From NCBI GenBank assembly GCA_965223705.1, contig OZ245015.1:928001-992000 (forward strand): 64,000 nucleotides of DNA, read 5' to 3'. Of the stretch, positions 9,805-19,124 are shown piece after piece (position 1 is the stretch's first letter; the number at the start of each line of letters is the position of its first letter). Source of the DNA: Myxococcota bacterium. GTDB taxonomy: Bacteria; Myxococcota_A; UBA9160; UBA6930. Position numbers and translations under genes: made by a program. The notes beneath the pieces are model-generated. The model was not told where the DNA came from, searched no databases, and worked only from the letters and a program-made list of their open reading frames with translations.

Positions 9805-11040
9805 ATGAAATACGCCCGCCGCGGCCGGAAGATCGTGATCGCGATGGTCGGCTTGCCCGCCCGGGGCAAGACCTTCACGGCGCGAAAGCTCGTGGGCTAC
9901 TTGAGCTGGCTCGGTTACCCGACCCGATCCTTCAACGTCGGAGAAGCTCGGCGAACGAAGCTCGGACCGGGCCAATCTTCGGACTTCTTCGACCCGCAAA
10001 ACGTCGCCGGCGAGGTGCAACGGCGGGCGCTGGCCGAATCCGTTCTCGCCGACGCGTTCGACTGGTTGCGTTCGGAGGGACGCATCGCGATCTACGACGC
10101 GACCAACAGTACGCGCGAGCGGCGTGACTGGATCGCAGGGCGCTGTCGAGAAGAAGATCGCGACCTGCTCTTTGTCGAGATCTCCACGAAAGAAGAGCTC
10201 GTCGAAGACACGATCCGCGAGACGAAGATCACGTCTCCCGACTACGAGGGGCGGACCGAAGAGGAGGCCCTGGCGGATTTCCGGGAGCGCATCGCGCACT
10301 ACGAGGGCGCGTACGAACCGCTCGAGCCGGACGAAGGCGCGTGGGTGCGACTCGTCGATCGCGGGCGACAGATTGTCATCAACCGGGTGCACGGATGGAT
10401 CTTCGGAAGAATCTTGTCGTTCCTCGGGAACTTCCAAGTCGCGGCGCGCCCGGTTTGGTTGACGCGTCACGGCGAGAGTCAATTCAACCGCGAAGATCGC
10501 GTCGGTGGCGATTCCGAGCTTTCTCCGCGCGGCCAAGCGTACGCGACGGAGCTTGCCCGCCACGTGCGCAGAGCGTTTCGACCCGACGACGACTTGGACG
10601 TCTGGACCAGCACGCTCGCCCGCACGGTGCAGACCGCGGAGCCGCTCGAGGCGGATATCGGAAGGTGGCGCGCACTCGACGAGATCAACGCCGGGGTTTG
10701 CGATGGGCTGACCTACGCGGAAATTGACGAGCGCTACCCGGACGTCGCGTCGGGACGAAGCCGCGACAAGTTCGAGTTTCGCTACCCGGGTGGCGAGAGC
10801 TATGCCGACGTCGTGAGCCGTGTCGATCGCGTCATCATCGAGCTCGAGCGCTACCAGACGCCCGTCCTCGTCATTGCGCACCGTGCGGTTCTGCGGGCGC
10901 TCTACGCGTACTTCATGCAGCTCTCGCCTCGGGAGGCGCCGCACATCGATATGCCGCTCCATACCGTCATCAAGCTGACGCCGACGGCGTACGGTTGTCT
11001 GGAGGAGCGCGTCGAGCTCCCTCCGAAGATCGAGCGCTAG
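9805..11040 (+). CDS. Bifunctional 6-phosphofructo-2-kinase/fructose-2,6-bisphosphatase (PFKFB-like)
   Basis: Kinase: MVGLPARGKT, FNVGEARR, YDATNSTRERR, SPDY, DFRERIAHY. Histidine phosphatase: LTRHGES, LDEINAG, RYPGGESY, IAHRAVLR, PLHTVIKL. Confidence 0.93.
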   Translation: MKYARRGRKIVIAMVGLPARGKTFTARKLVGYLSWLGYPTRSFNVGEARRTKLGPGQSSDFFDPQNVAGEVQRRALAESVLADAFDWLRSEGRIAIYDATNSTRERRDWIAGRCREEDRDLLFVEISTKEELVEDTIRETKITSPDYEGRTEEEALADFRERIAHYEGAYEPLEPDEGAWVRLVDRGRQIVINRVHGWIFGRILSFLGNFQVAARPVWLTRHGESQFNREDRVGGDSELSPRGQAYATELARHVRRAFRPDDDLDVWTSTLARTVQTAEPLEADIGRWRALDEINAGVCDGLTYAEIDERYPDVASGRSRDKFEFRYPGGESYADVVSRVDRVIIELERYQTPVLVIAHRAVLRALYAYFMQLSPREAPHIDMPLHTVIKLTPTAYGCLEERVELPPKIER

Positions 11041-11043
11041 CGC

Positions 11044-12027
11044 GTGCGCGCCTTGCTCTCCGGAGCGCATCGGTGGCGCGTCCGACAGACTGCGCCTCTC
11101 CGGGTCCTGTGGTCCAAGGGCGTGGCGCGGTTCTGCGACGTTGCGGGGGGCGAGGGTTATTGGGCGCAACCGACCGAGGCTGTCGCGTCGCCCGAGTACG
11201 TGGAGCGACACTTCGCCGACGCCGAAGGGCTGGTCTGGTTGCGCCTCGGAACCCAGTCGCGAACCGGTCGCCCCTGCGATGTCGATCGTTTCGTCGCGCG
11301 AGTGCTGCCGAACATCGAGCACCCCTTCGCTCTGTTGACGACCGACGGCGATACCTCCGTGCCCGGCGACCTGCCGCCTCGGACCGTCGAGGCGCTGCTA
11401 GAGAACCCGCGAATGATCGCTTGGCGCACGCAAAACTACGACGGCTATCGCCATCCGAAGCTCGGTCCGTTCCCGATCGGCCTCGATCTGCACACGTTTC
11501 GAGGTTGGCGCGGGCCCTCGGGTTGGGTGCGGGCGCTCAATCGGATCTGCGCCGCACGGACGCCGCTCGAGCATGCTCCGCCGCGAGTCTTCTGCGATTT
11601 CAAGGCCACCTGGCGCTCGTCCGAGCGCGCGCGGGTCATCGATGTGCTCGACGGTTGCTCGCACGTCGATTTCCAGACCGAGCGTCTCGGGCAAATTGCG
11701 ATCTGGCGACGCTACGCCGCCTATCCGTTTGTCGTGAGCACCCACGGCAACGGACTCGATTGTCACCGCACGTGGGAGACGCTCTACCTCGGGTCGATCG
11801 TGATTACGAAGACCTCGAGTCTCGATCCGCTCTTCGAGGGGCTACCGGTCGCCGTAGTCGAGCGATGGGAGGAGGTTCGCGATCCGGCGAATCTCGCCCG
11901 CTGGAAGCGAGAGCTCGCTCCGCTCGCCGAGGCCGCGCGTGTCCGCGAACGGCTCGATCCGGCGCGTTTGGTGGGCGAGTTGCGCGCGCTTCTGGGACCT
12001 TCCGGGGATTCCCAACCTCACCTGTGA
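11044..12027 (+). CDS. Exostosin/GT47-like putative glycosyltransferase
   Basis: HPKLGPFPIGLD and FVVSTHGNGLDCHRTWETLYLGSIVI...LFEGLPV motifs. Confidence 0.6.
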   Translation: MRALLSGAHRWRVRQTAPLRVLWSKGVARFCDVAGGEGYWAQPTEAVASPEYVERHFADAEGLVWLRLGTQSRTGRPCDVDRFVARVLPNIEHPFALLTTDGDTSVPGDLPPRTVEALLENPRMIAWRTQNYDGYRHPKLGPFPIGLDLHTFRGWRGPSGWVRALNRICAARTPLEHAPPRVFCDFKATWRSSERARVIDVLDGCSHVDFQTERLGQIAIWRRYAAYPFVVSTHGNGLDCHRTWETLYLGSIVITKTSSLDPLFEGLPVAVVERWEEVRDPANLARWKRELAPLAEAARVRERLDPARLVGELRALLGPSGDSQPHL

Positions 12028-12136
12028 GGGTAACCCTCCGTTTGCGGCGACGTTCCACAGGTGTCGCGTTCCACGCTTCCAATGCTGGGCTGCGAAACGT
12101 TACGATCTCGGTCGGGTCCGAACCCGTGGAGGACGA

Positions 12137-12502
12137 ATGGCGGTGACCGATTCCTCGCAAACCTTGCCCACGGGATTCCAGCACTTAGAGTGCTGGGTCG
12201 CCGACTGGGTTCTTCCGGACACCCAAGCGCGAAGCGACCATCGACTCGCGAGTTCAATGGAAGCGATCCAAAGCTTCTACGACGCGATGCTTCCCGAGGC
12301 GCCGCGCATCTTGGAACTGCTCGCGAAAAGCAAACTCGGTGAACTCGATAGGCCCGAGGAGCGTCTGCTCGCCTTGATGCTCTCGTTCGCCGAAGTGACG
12401 CCTGCGGTCGAGTTCTACAAGCAGCCCGCGGTCGTCGACGGTTTCTCTTCGGACAAGTTTCTAGCGAATGAAATTCTCTCCGATCTAAACCCGCAGTCAT
12501 AG
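12137..12502 (+). CDS. Conserved hypothetical protein upstream of Rieske oxygenase
   Basis: GGAGG RBS; LPTGF..LE.W..DW, SSMEAIQSFYDA, SFAEVTPAVE; 121 aa. Confidence 0.75.
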   Translation: MAVTDSSQTLPTGFQHLECWVADWVLPDTQARSDHRLASSMEAIQSFYDAMLPEAPRILELLAKSKLGELDRPEERLLALMLSFAEVTPAVEFYKQPAVVDGFSSDKFLANEILSDLNPQS

Positions 12503-12520
12503 CGGACAAGGAGGCTTCCA

Positions 12521-13768
12521 ATGGCTTTTGCGAGCGAAGGGCGATTGACCTCGGCTTTCCCGAACCTAGGCACGGATCCGGTGCCTACCGATATTTACTG
12601 GAAGCCCGAGTGGTACGAGAAAGAGCTCGAAGCGATTTTCTCGCGAACCTGGCTCGCCGTGGCGAGTGGTCACGAAATCCCGTGCCCGGGCGACTTCGTC
12701 GTGAAACACATCCCGACGTTCGGCTACAAGGTCATCATCGTGCGCGGGCGCGATGGCAAAGCCCGGGCTTTTCACAACGTCTGCAGCCACCGGGGAAGCC
12801 ACGTCGAGCTTCGCGAACGAGGCAACTGCAAGGTCTTTTCGTGTCCATTCCACGGCTGGGCTTTCGATCACGAGGGCAAACTCGTCAGCGTGCCCGCCGG
12901 AAAGGATTTTTTCGATCTCGATCGACATGAGAAGGGGCTGGCGCAGATCCACGCCGACGAGTGGGCGCACCACATCTTTATCAACTTTGCCGATGAACCC
13001 GAGGAAAGTCTCGAAACCTATCTTGGAGAATTCGGCCGCGATCTCGTCGACTGGCCCGGCTGGGAACGCTGCAGCGTTTCGTGGGAGTTCAAAGCCGAAG
13101 TCGAGGTCAATTGGAAAGTGCTCCTCGACGCGTTCAACGAGATCTATCACATCCCGACGATTCACGGACGTTCGATCGCGCCGATGTTCGTGACGGAGGA
13201 CAACCCGACTGGCGAGGTGATCGGTGTGACACGCAAGGGCCCGCACCGAACCCTCTCTCTCTACGGGAATCACGCCTACCAACCCACGCCGGGCCAGGCA
13301 CTGGGCTATGGCGCGGCGCCCGGCCAACCGGTTACGAAAGCGGGCCCCGCCGACGAGAAGGATCGATTGCCGAAGGGTATCAATGAAGGTCGCCACGAAG
13401 CATGGGGTGTCGACGTGCCGACCGTCTTCCCGAACTGGGTGCCCATCGTGACTTCCGACTCTTGGTTTTCGCACCAGATTTGGCCGAAGGCGGTGAACCG
13501 ATCCGAATGGCGCATGCGTATCTACATGCCGCCCGCGGAGAACGCGGCCGAACGCTACGGCCAGGAGTACGCCAGTGTCGAGCTGCGCGATACCGTCATG
13601 GAAGACGCGAACACGTTCGAGCGCGTTCAGGATTCCCTCGACAAAGGGCTGCTTTCGCACTTCGTGTTCCGCGACCACGAAGTGTCCTGCCGGATGCAGT
13701 ACCACATTGTCAAAGAGTGGGTGGAGGCGTACGAAAAACGCCAGGCCGCCGGGGCCGCGCACGTCTAG
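12521..13768 (+). CDS. Aromatic ring-hydroxylating (Rieske) oxygenase alpha subunit
   Basis: CSHRG...CPFHGW Rieske ligands; NWK...EIYHIPTIH mononuclear Fe site; ED near C-terminus. Confidence 0.95.
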   Translation: MAFASEGRLTSAFPNLGTDPVPTDIYWKPEWYEKELEAIFSRTWLAVASGHEIPCPGDFVVKHIPTFGYKVIIVRGRDGKARAFHNVCSHRGSHVELRERGNCKVFSCPFHGWAFDHEGKLVSVPAGKDFFDLDRHEKGLAQIHADEWAHHIFINFADEPEESLETYLGEFGRDLVDWPGWERCSVSWEFKAEVEVNWKVLLDAFNEIYHIPTIHGRSIAPMFVTEDNPTGEVIGVTRKGPHRTLSLYGNHAYQPTPGQALGYGAAPGQPVTKAGPADEKDRLPKGINEGRHEAWGVDVPTVFPNWVPIVTSDSWFSHQIWPKAVNRSEWRMRIYMPPAENAAERYGQEYASVELRDTVMEDANTFERVQDSLDKGLLSHFVFRDHEVSCRMQYHIVKEWVEAYEKRQAAGAAHV

Positions 13769-13783
13769 CGCTACACTCGGTCC

Positions 13784-14092
13784 GTGCCGCCCGAACCCGT
13801 TCTCGAAGTCGCCATCCTCGACGTGCGCGGTGGTCCCACCGACGCGTTCGAAGCGGCCTTCGCGGAAGCGCAGCACATCATCGCAGCGACCTCTGGCTAT
13901 CAGCGCCACGAGCTGCGCCGCTGTGTCGAGGCCGAAGACCGGTACCTGCTTCTCGTCTGGTGGGATTCGCTCGAGAGTCACACCGAAGGCTTTCGCGGCT
14001 CCGAAGCGTATGGGCGCTGGCGCGAGCTGCTGCACCATTTTTACGAGCCGTTCCCAACCGTCGAGCACTATGTCGCGGTCAACGGACCGTAG
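13784..14092 (+). CDS. Antibiotic biosynthesis monooxygenase (ABM) family protein
   Basis: LEVAILDV, YLLLVWWDSLESH.EGFRGS, LHHFYEPFP.VEHY. Confidence 0.9.
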   Translation: MPPEPVLEVAILDVRGGPTDAFEAAFAEAQHIIAATSGYQRHELRRCVEAEDRYLLLVWWDSLESHTEGFRGSEAYGRWRELLHHFYEPFPTVEHYVAVNGP

Positions 14093-14103
14093 AGAGGAGC
14101 CCG

Positions 14104-14505
14104 ATGTATAAACTCCATAAACCCGTCTCGCAATTAGTCGAAGAAGCGCGACTCGAGATCGCGAACCACTCCGCGGAGGAAGCGAAACGCCGCGTCGATG
14201 AAGAGGGCGCGCTGCTCGTCGATGTTCGAGATATCCGAGAGCTCGACCGCGAGGGGAAGATTCCCGGCGCGTTCCATGCGCCGCGGGGGATGCTCGAGTT
14301 TTGGATCGATCCCGATTCGCCGTATTTCAAAGAAGTGTTCGCCGCCGACCGCGAGTTCATCTTTTTCTGAGCGGGTGGCGGACGGACAAGTTTGTCCGTG
14401 AAGATGCTTCAAGACATGGGAATGCCTCGCGTATCGCACATCGTCACGGGTTTCGGCGGCTGGCGCGAAGCCGGTTTTCCAGTCGAGGGCGGCAAGTCGT
14501 CGTGA
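14104..14505 (+). CDS. Rhodanese-like sulfurtransferase, probable selenoprotein (UGA 14368-14370 read as Sec89)
   Basis: LVDVRDIRE, IPGAFHAPRGMLEFWID, then FIFF-UGA-AGGGRTSLSVKMLQDMG...GFGGWREAGFPVE in frame; UGA at catalytic Cys position; hairpin follows. Confidence 0.88.
14382..14399 (+). promoter_or_regulatory. Putative bacterial SECIS hairpin
   Basis: ACGGACA-AGTT-TGTCCGT perfect 7-bp stem, GU in apical loop, starting 11 nt after the UGA. Confidence 0.75.
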
Positions 14506-14560
14506 GCGGGCGCGCCGAGGGAGTCTTGCACTGCAACTCGTGCGGTAGCAAGATGGCCCC

Positions 14561-15187
14561 ATGCCCACTTTACTCTACATCGAAGCTTCCCCTCGAAAGG
14601 AGCGTTCGCACTCGATTCGAGTCGCCGACGCCTTTCTCGACAAATACGCCGCTGCGAATCCGTCGGACACGATCGATCGGCTCGACTTGTGGTCGGCCGA
14701 CCTCCCGCGCTTTGATGGAGCCGCGCTGGACGCGAAGTACGCGATCATGCACGGGGAATCCCCGACCGAAGAGCAGCAGAGCGCTTGGGGGACGATCGAG
14801 CGCGAGTTCCGCCGCTTTGGCGATGCCGACAAATTCGTTTTCAGCGTCCCGATGTGGAACTTCGGTGTTCCCTACGTTCTGAAGCACTACATCGACGTCA
14901 TCACGCAGCCGGGCATGGCGTGGAGCGTTTCCCCTGACGGAAGCTACCAGGGTCTCGTTCAGGGCAGCGCCGTCGTGATCTACGCCAGCGGCGCCGCCTA
15001 TCACGACGGCAGCGGCTTCGAGGCCTTTGATCTGCAGAAACCCACCGTGGAGAATTGGCTCGCGTTCATCGGTATCACCGAGGTGCAGCGGATCGTGCTC
15101 GCCGGTTCTTTGGGTGATCCCGACGCCACGCGGGCGGCTGAGGCGGCTGCGGTCGCAGAAGCGGAGAAACTCGCGGCGCGCTTCTAG
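14561..15187 (+). CDS. azoR: FMN-dependent NADH-azoreductase
   Basis: IEASPR...S.S, PMWNFGVP..LKHYID, F+GIT motifs. Confidence 0.9.
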   Translation: MPTLLYIEASPRKERSHSIRVADAFLDKYAAANPSDTIDRLDLWSADLPRFDGAALDAKYAIMHGESPTEEQQSAWGTIEREFRRFGDADKFVFSVPMWNFGVPYVLKHYIDVITQPGMAWSVSPDGSYQGLVQGSAVVIYASGAAYHDGSGFEAFDLQKPTVENWLAFIGITEVQRIVLAGSLGDPDATRAAEAAAVAEAEKLAARF

Positions 15188-15206
15188 AAGCTCGGAGGTC
15201 GCGGAG

Positions 15207-16580
15207 ATGGCTGTGAAGAAGCGCATGTTCTTCAACGCGTTCCACATGAACTGCGTCGTTCACCAATCACCAGGGCTCTGGGTTCGAGAAGACGACCACA
15301 TGGCCGACTACAAGAACTTGGATTCCTGGATCGAGTTCGCGAAGCTGATCGAACGAGGGAAGTTCGACGCCGTATTCCTCGCCGATGTCGTGGGCACATA
15401 CGATGTCTACGGAGGTAGTCGCGACGCTGCGGTCCGGGGCGCTGCCCAGGTTCCGGTGAACGATCCGATGCTGCTCATCCCTCCGATGGCGGCGGTGACC
15501 GAGCACCTGGGGTTCGGCTTTACGAGCTCCGTACTGCAAGCGCATCCCATCACGTTCGCTCGGCAGATCACCACGCTCGACCACCTCACCAAGGGACGGG
15601 TGGGCTGGAACATCGTGACGTCGTATCTCGAGAGTACCGGGCGCGCGTACGGCTTGGGCGGGCTCCCCGACCACGACGTCCGCTACGAGATGGCCGACGA
15701 GTTCTGCCACCTCTGTTACCAGCTGTGGGAAGACAGTTGGGCCGATGACGCCGTCATCGTCGACCGAGAGCGAGGCATCTACGCCGACCCGGCCAAGGTT
15801 CGCGATGTTCTTCACCAAGGAGACTTCTACAAGTTCGAGGGTTGCTACATCGCAGAACCCTCTCCGCAGCGAACCCCCGTGCTGTTTCAAGCCGGCGCGT
15901 CTGAACGCGGTGCGAAGTTTGCCGGCGACCACGCGGAATGCATCTTCGTCATCGGCGCAACGCCTGAAATCAGCGGCAACTATGTCAAGAACGTGCGTGC
16001 GCAAATGGCGCAGCGTGGGCGCAAGCCCGAGGATGTCCTGGGCTTTGCGTACATGAAGGTGATCACCGGAGGCACGGAAGAGGAGGCGCTCAGACTCCGC
16101 AACGAATACCTCGAGCAAATCGACTACGACGGAGCGATGGCCCTCATGGGTGGTTGGGCCGGCGTCGATTTGAGCTCTCTCGATCCCGACCAGCCGGTGG
16201 AATACATCGAGACCAACGCCGTGCGGACCATGCTGCACAGCTTCACCCAAGCGGATCCCAACCGAGAATGGACCGTCCGCGACATCACCCGCTACATCGG
16301 CTTGGGCGGCGCAGGCCCCGTACTCGTGGGTGCGCCCGAACAGATTGCCGACCAGCTCGAGGATTGGATCGACGCGGGCGTCGATGGTTTCAACCTGTCG
16401 TACGCCACCCTCCCGGGAAGTTTCGAAGACTTCATCGACGGCGTCGTGCCTGTGCTTCAGCGCCGCGGCCGCATGCAAACGGAGTACGCCGAAGGCACTC
16501 TTCGCGAAAAACTCTTCCCGGGTCGTGGCGCGCGCATCGCGCGTCCACACCCGGCGGCGACGTGTCGGCGACCTTGGTAA
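15207..16580 (+). CDS. NtaA/DmoA/DszA-family FMNH2-dependent monooxygenase (LLM class)
   Basis: ERGKFDAVFLAD, TLDHLTKGRVGWNIVTS, PSPQRTPVLFQAGAS, VVPVLQRRG, GTLREKL. Confidence 0.92.
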   Translation: MAVKKRMFFNAFHMNCVVHQSPGLWVREDDHMADYKNLDSWIEFAKLIERGKFDAVFLADVVGTYDVYGGSRDAAVRGAAQVPVNDPMLLIPPMAAVTEHLGFGFTSSVLQAHPITFARQITTLDHLTKGRVGWNIVTSYLESTGRAYGLGGLPDHDVRYEMADEFCHLCYQLWEDSWADDAVIVDRERGIYADPAKVRDVLHQGDFYKFEGCYIAEPSPQRTPVLFQAGASERGAKFAGDHAECIFVIGATPEISGNYVKNVRAQMAQRGRKPEDVLGFAYMKVITGGTEEEALRLRNEYLEQIDYDGAMALMGGWAGVDLSSLDPDQPVEYIETNAVRTMLHSFTQADPNREWTVRDITRYIGLGGAGPVLVGAPEQIADQLEDWIDAGVDGFNLSYATLPGSFEDFIDGVVPVLQRRGRMQTEYAEGTLREKLFPGRGARIARPHPAATCRRPW

Positions 16581-16614
16581 GCGCACTCGCCCAGCACCGG
16601 TTGGGCGAGCCCCC

Positions 16615-17175
16615 TTGACCCAGTTCGAGTACATCACCGTCCTACAGTCGATCGTCGTCGCGTTCGCACTCTCCGAGGTGTTATCGACTTGGGGCGGCCT
16701 CGTGAGAAACCGCGCCCGAGTCCGGATGTACTGGGTCTACATCGGCTGGAGCGGCCTCGTGTTGCTGGGCCTGATTCAGATTTGGTGGGGTACGTGGCAG
16801 TACCGCGAGGTCGGGTTTCCGAGCCTCCTATCGCTGCTTCTTCTGCTCGCACCGCCTCTGACGCTCGCGTTTGCCGCCTTTGTCTTCCAGCCGAACATGG
16901 CAGGGGACGAACCGATCGATCTGGTGGCCCAATACGAGGCCAATCGCAAATGGTTCTTCCCGCTGATGGCGCTCGTCCTCGCCGAACTGAGCGTTGTGGA
17001 TTGGACGGTTGCCCGGCAGCCGATACTTCACGCCGAGAACCTCGTGCGCTTGTTGGGTGTTTTGCTGAGCCTCTCTCTCGCAATCGTCGAGAACCGTCGC
17101 GTTCACCAACTCGCGCTGGCGGGCTCCTTTCTTCTCTTCTTGGTATTCGTGAAAGTGGCCTACCAGGCGTCGTAG
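16615..17175 (+). CDS. Hypothetical integral membrane protein
   Basis: TTG start, FEYITVL.SIV N-terminus, about 5-6 hydrophobic segments. Confidence 0.75.
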   Translation: MTQFEYITVLQSIVVAFALSEVLSTWGGLVRNRARVRMYWVYIGWSGLVLLGLIQIWWGTWQYREVGFPSLLSLLLLLAPPLTLAFAAFVFQPNMAGDEPIDLVAQYEANRKWFFPLMALVLAELSVVDWTVARQPILHAENLVRLLGVLLSLSLAIVENRRVHQLALAGSFLLFLVFVKVAYQAS

Positions 17176-17912
17176 GCGCCCTGCGTTGCCGAACCGAGGC
17201 GTGCGCGAAAGAACGCGAGCACCCGGTCCCGAGCGGCGACAGTGGGATGACCCGCTTCGTCGCGAAAGTCGATGGTGAGGACGCTGTGCGGGCCGGTCGG
17301 GTTCCGGCTGTCGCGAACCTGCTTCGAATCGATTTCGATTCCCTCGAAACCGGTGCCGAGCTCTCGGTGGAGGCGCTGAAAGCGCTCAGGAGGCGAGGTT
17401 GAGTCTTCGCTAAAGCGAAGGCCCAACACCTTGCAGCCCGAAGCGACGCGCTCCTTGACTGTCGCGAGTTCCGCGTCGGAGATGTGGAGCCCGGCGCGGC
17501 GCGCTTTGCCGACGGGAAGCGGGAGCGAGGGTTGGCATAGGACGGGCGCCAAGAGAGCGGGTTCCATCATCAGGGCGAGCGCAAAGTTCCCGGTGAGACA
17601 CATCCCGAGGGCGCCGATGCCCTCGCCTCCGCATTCGTCGTGGATGTGGCGAGCGAGGGCGCGAAGCCAGTCGCAGATCGGGCTCGACCGGTGCGCGGCG
17701 AGGACGCGGAACTCGCGGCTGATGCATGCGCGAGCGAGCTGGCCGAACGCGTAACCGTTCGAGACCGGTTTCCCGGTCGTCCCGAAAAGCACGGGTAGGA
17801 AAACGCAGAAACCCGCGTCGACCACTTCGTTCGCGAAGCGAATGACGTCGGGGTGCACTCCGGGTACTTCGTGCATGATGAGCACGCCCGATCCCTCGCC
17901 GCGGCGGAACAC
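17160..17912 (-). CDS. Dienelactone hydrolase family protein (true start possibly upstream, near 17978)
   Basis: MHEVPG, GMCLTGNFAL (nucleophile Cys), LRFSED, HSVLT. Confidence 0.88.
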   Translation of the reverse strand: MFRRGEGSGVLIMHEVPGVHPDVIRFANEVVDAGFCVFLPVLFGTTGKPVSNGYAFGQLARACISREFRVLAAHRSSPICDWLRALARHIHDECGGEGIGALGMCLTGNFALALMMEPALLAPVLCQPSLPLPVGKARRAGLHISDAELATVKERVASGCKVLGLRFSEDSTSPPERFQRLHRELGTGFEGIEIDSKQVRDSRNPTGPHSVLTIDFRDEAGHPTVAARDRVLAFFRARLGSATQGAYDAW

Positions 17913-17996
17913 GGTTCGCGTTTTTCGATCGTGCGAAAAATCCGAGCGATCCCAACCCGGGATGTGGTTCGTCTCGATGCTGACCCCCGGAAGTCG

Positions 17997-19052
17997 CTAG
18001 GGCGTGATCGCGACCTTCAGTACGCCGTCTCGTTGGCTCCCGAAGAGGTCGTAGGCCGCTTCGATCTCGTCGAGTTTGAAGCGGTGCGTCACCAGTGGTT
18101 CGAGGTTGACTCTCCCGGAAGCGATGACGGTCATCATCCGACGCATGCGCTCCTGGCCCCCCGGACAGAGTGTGGTGGCGATGCAGCGATCGGCCAGGCC
18201 GGCGCCGAAGGCATCGAGCGGGACCTTGAGATCCTCGGAGTAGACGCCGAGGCTCGAAACCGTTCCGCCGGGCTTGATGACCCGCAAGCAGCGCTCGAAG
18301 GTCTCTTGAAGTCCCAGCGCTTCGATGGCCACATCGACGCCGCGTCCGTCGGTGAGTCGGAGGATTTCTTCCACAGGGTCGACCTTGTGGAAGTCGATCA
18401 CGTCATCTGCACCCATCCGTTTCGAGATCTCGAGGCGTGCGGGAACTGTGTCGACGGCGATGATTCGCGTGGCTCCCATCAGCTTGGCGCCGGCCGTCGC
18501 ACAAAGGCCGATCGGTCCCTGAGCGAAGACGGCCACGGTGTCTCCGATCCGGATCTTGCCGCTTTCGGCGCCGCTAAAGCCCGTCGTCATGATGTCCGGG
18601 CACATCAACACCTGTTCATCGGTCAGCTCTTCGGGAACAGGGGCCAGGTTCGCCGCCGCGTTGGGAATGACCACGTACTCGGCTTGCGCGCCGTCTACGG
18701 TGTTGCCCAGCTGCCAGCCTCCCATCGCCTGCCCGCCGCACTGGGAATGGTGCCCTTCGAAGCAGGAGGCGCACTGGCCGCACGGCGTAATTGCGCCCGC
18801 GATAACCCGTTGGCCCTCCTCGAAGCCGCGCACTCCCGAACCGAGGGCCGCGATCACGCCGACGGGCTCGTGCCCGACCGTGAGTCCTTTTGCAACGGGG
18901 TATTCGCCTTTGAGGATATGGACATCGGTGCCGCAGATCGTTGTCGTGCTGACACGCAGTAGCGCTTCGCCCGGACCCGGGCTCGGAATCGGCTTCTCCT
19001 CCAGGACGATCCGTCCCGGTTCGACAAAAATCGCGGCTTTCATCTTGTCCAT
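17997..19052 (-). CDS. Zinc-dependent NAD(P) alcohol dehydrogenase (MDR family)
   Basis: ICGTDVH, GHEPVG, CGQCASC...C structural Zn, QGPIG, THRF. Confidence 0.95.
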   Translation of the reverse strand: MDKMKAAIFVEPGRIVLEEKPIPSPGPGEALLRVSTTTICGTDVHILKGEYPVAKGLTVGHEPVGVIAALGSGVRGFEEGQRVIAGAITPCGQCASCFEGHHSQCGGQAMGGWQLGNTVDGAQAEYVVIPNAAANLAPVPEELTDEQVLMCPDIMTTGFSGAESGKIRIGDTVAVFAQGPIGLCATAGAKLMGATRIIAVDTVPARLEISKRMGADDVIDFHKVDPVEEILRLTDGRGVDVAIEALGLQETFERCLRVIKPGGTVSSLGVYSEDLKVPLDAFGAGLADRCIATTLCPGGQERMRRMMTVIASGRVNLEPLVTHRFKLDEIEAAYDLFGSQRDGVLKVAITP

Positions 19053-19124
19053 CTCGGCCTCCTTCGCATTGTCATTCTCTACCTACGCTGCCGGAATGGG
19101 AAGCAATTGAAGCGCCGTCGACAC

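Noticed and set aside
12026..12074. Palindrome GAGGGTAACCCTC and CGTTCCAC direct repeat upstream of the Rieske cluster
   Set aside because: Could be an operator, but it is short, single-copy, and has no adjacent regulator to support it
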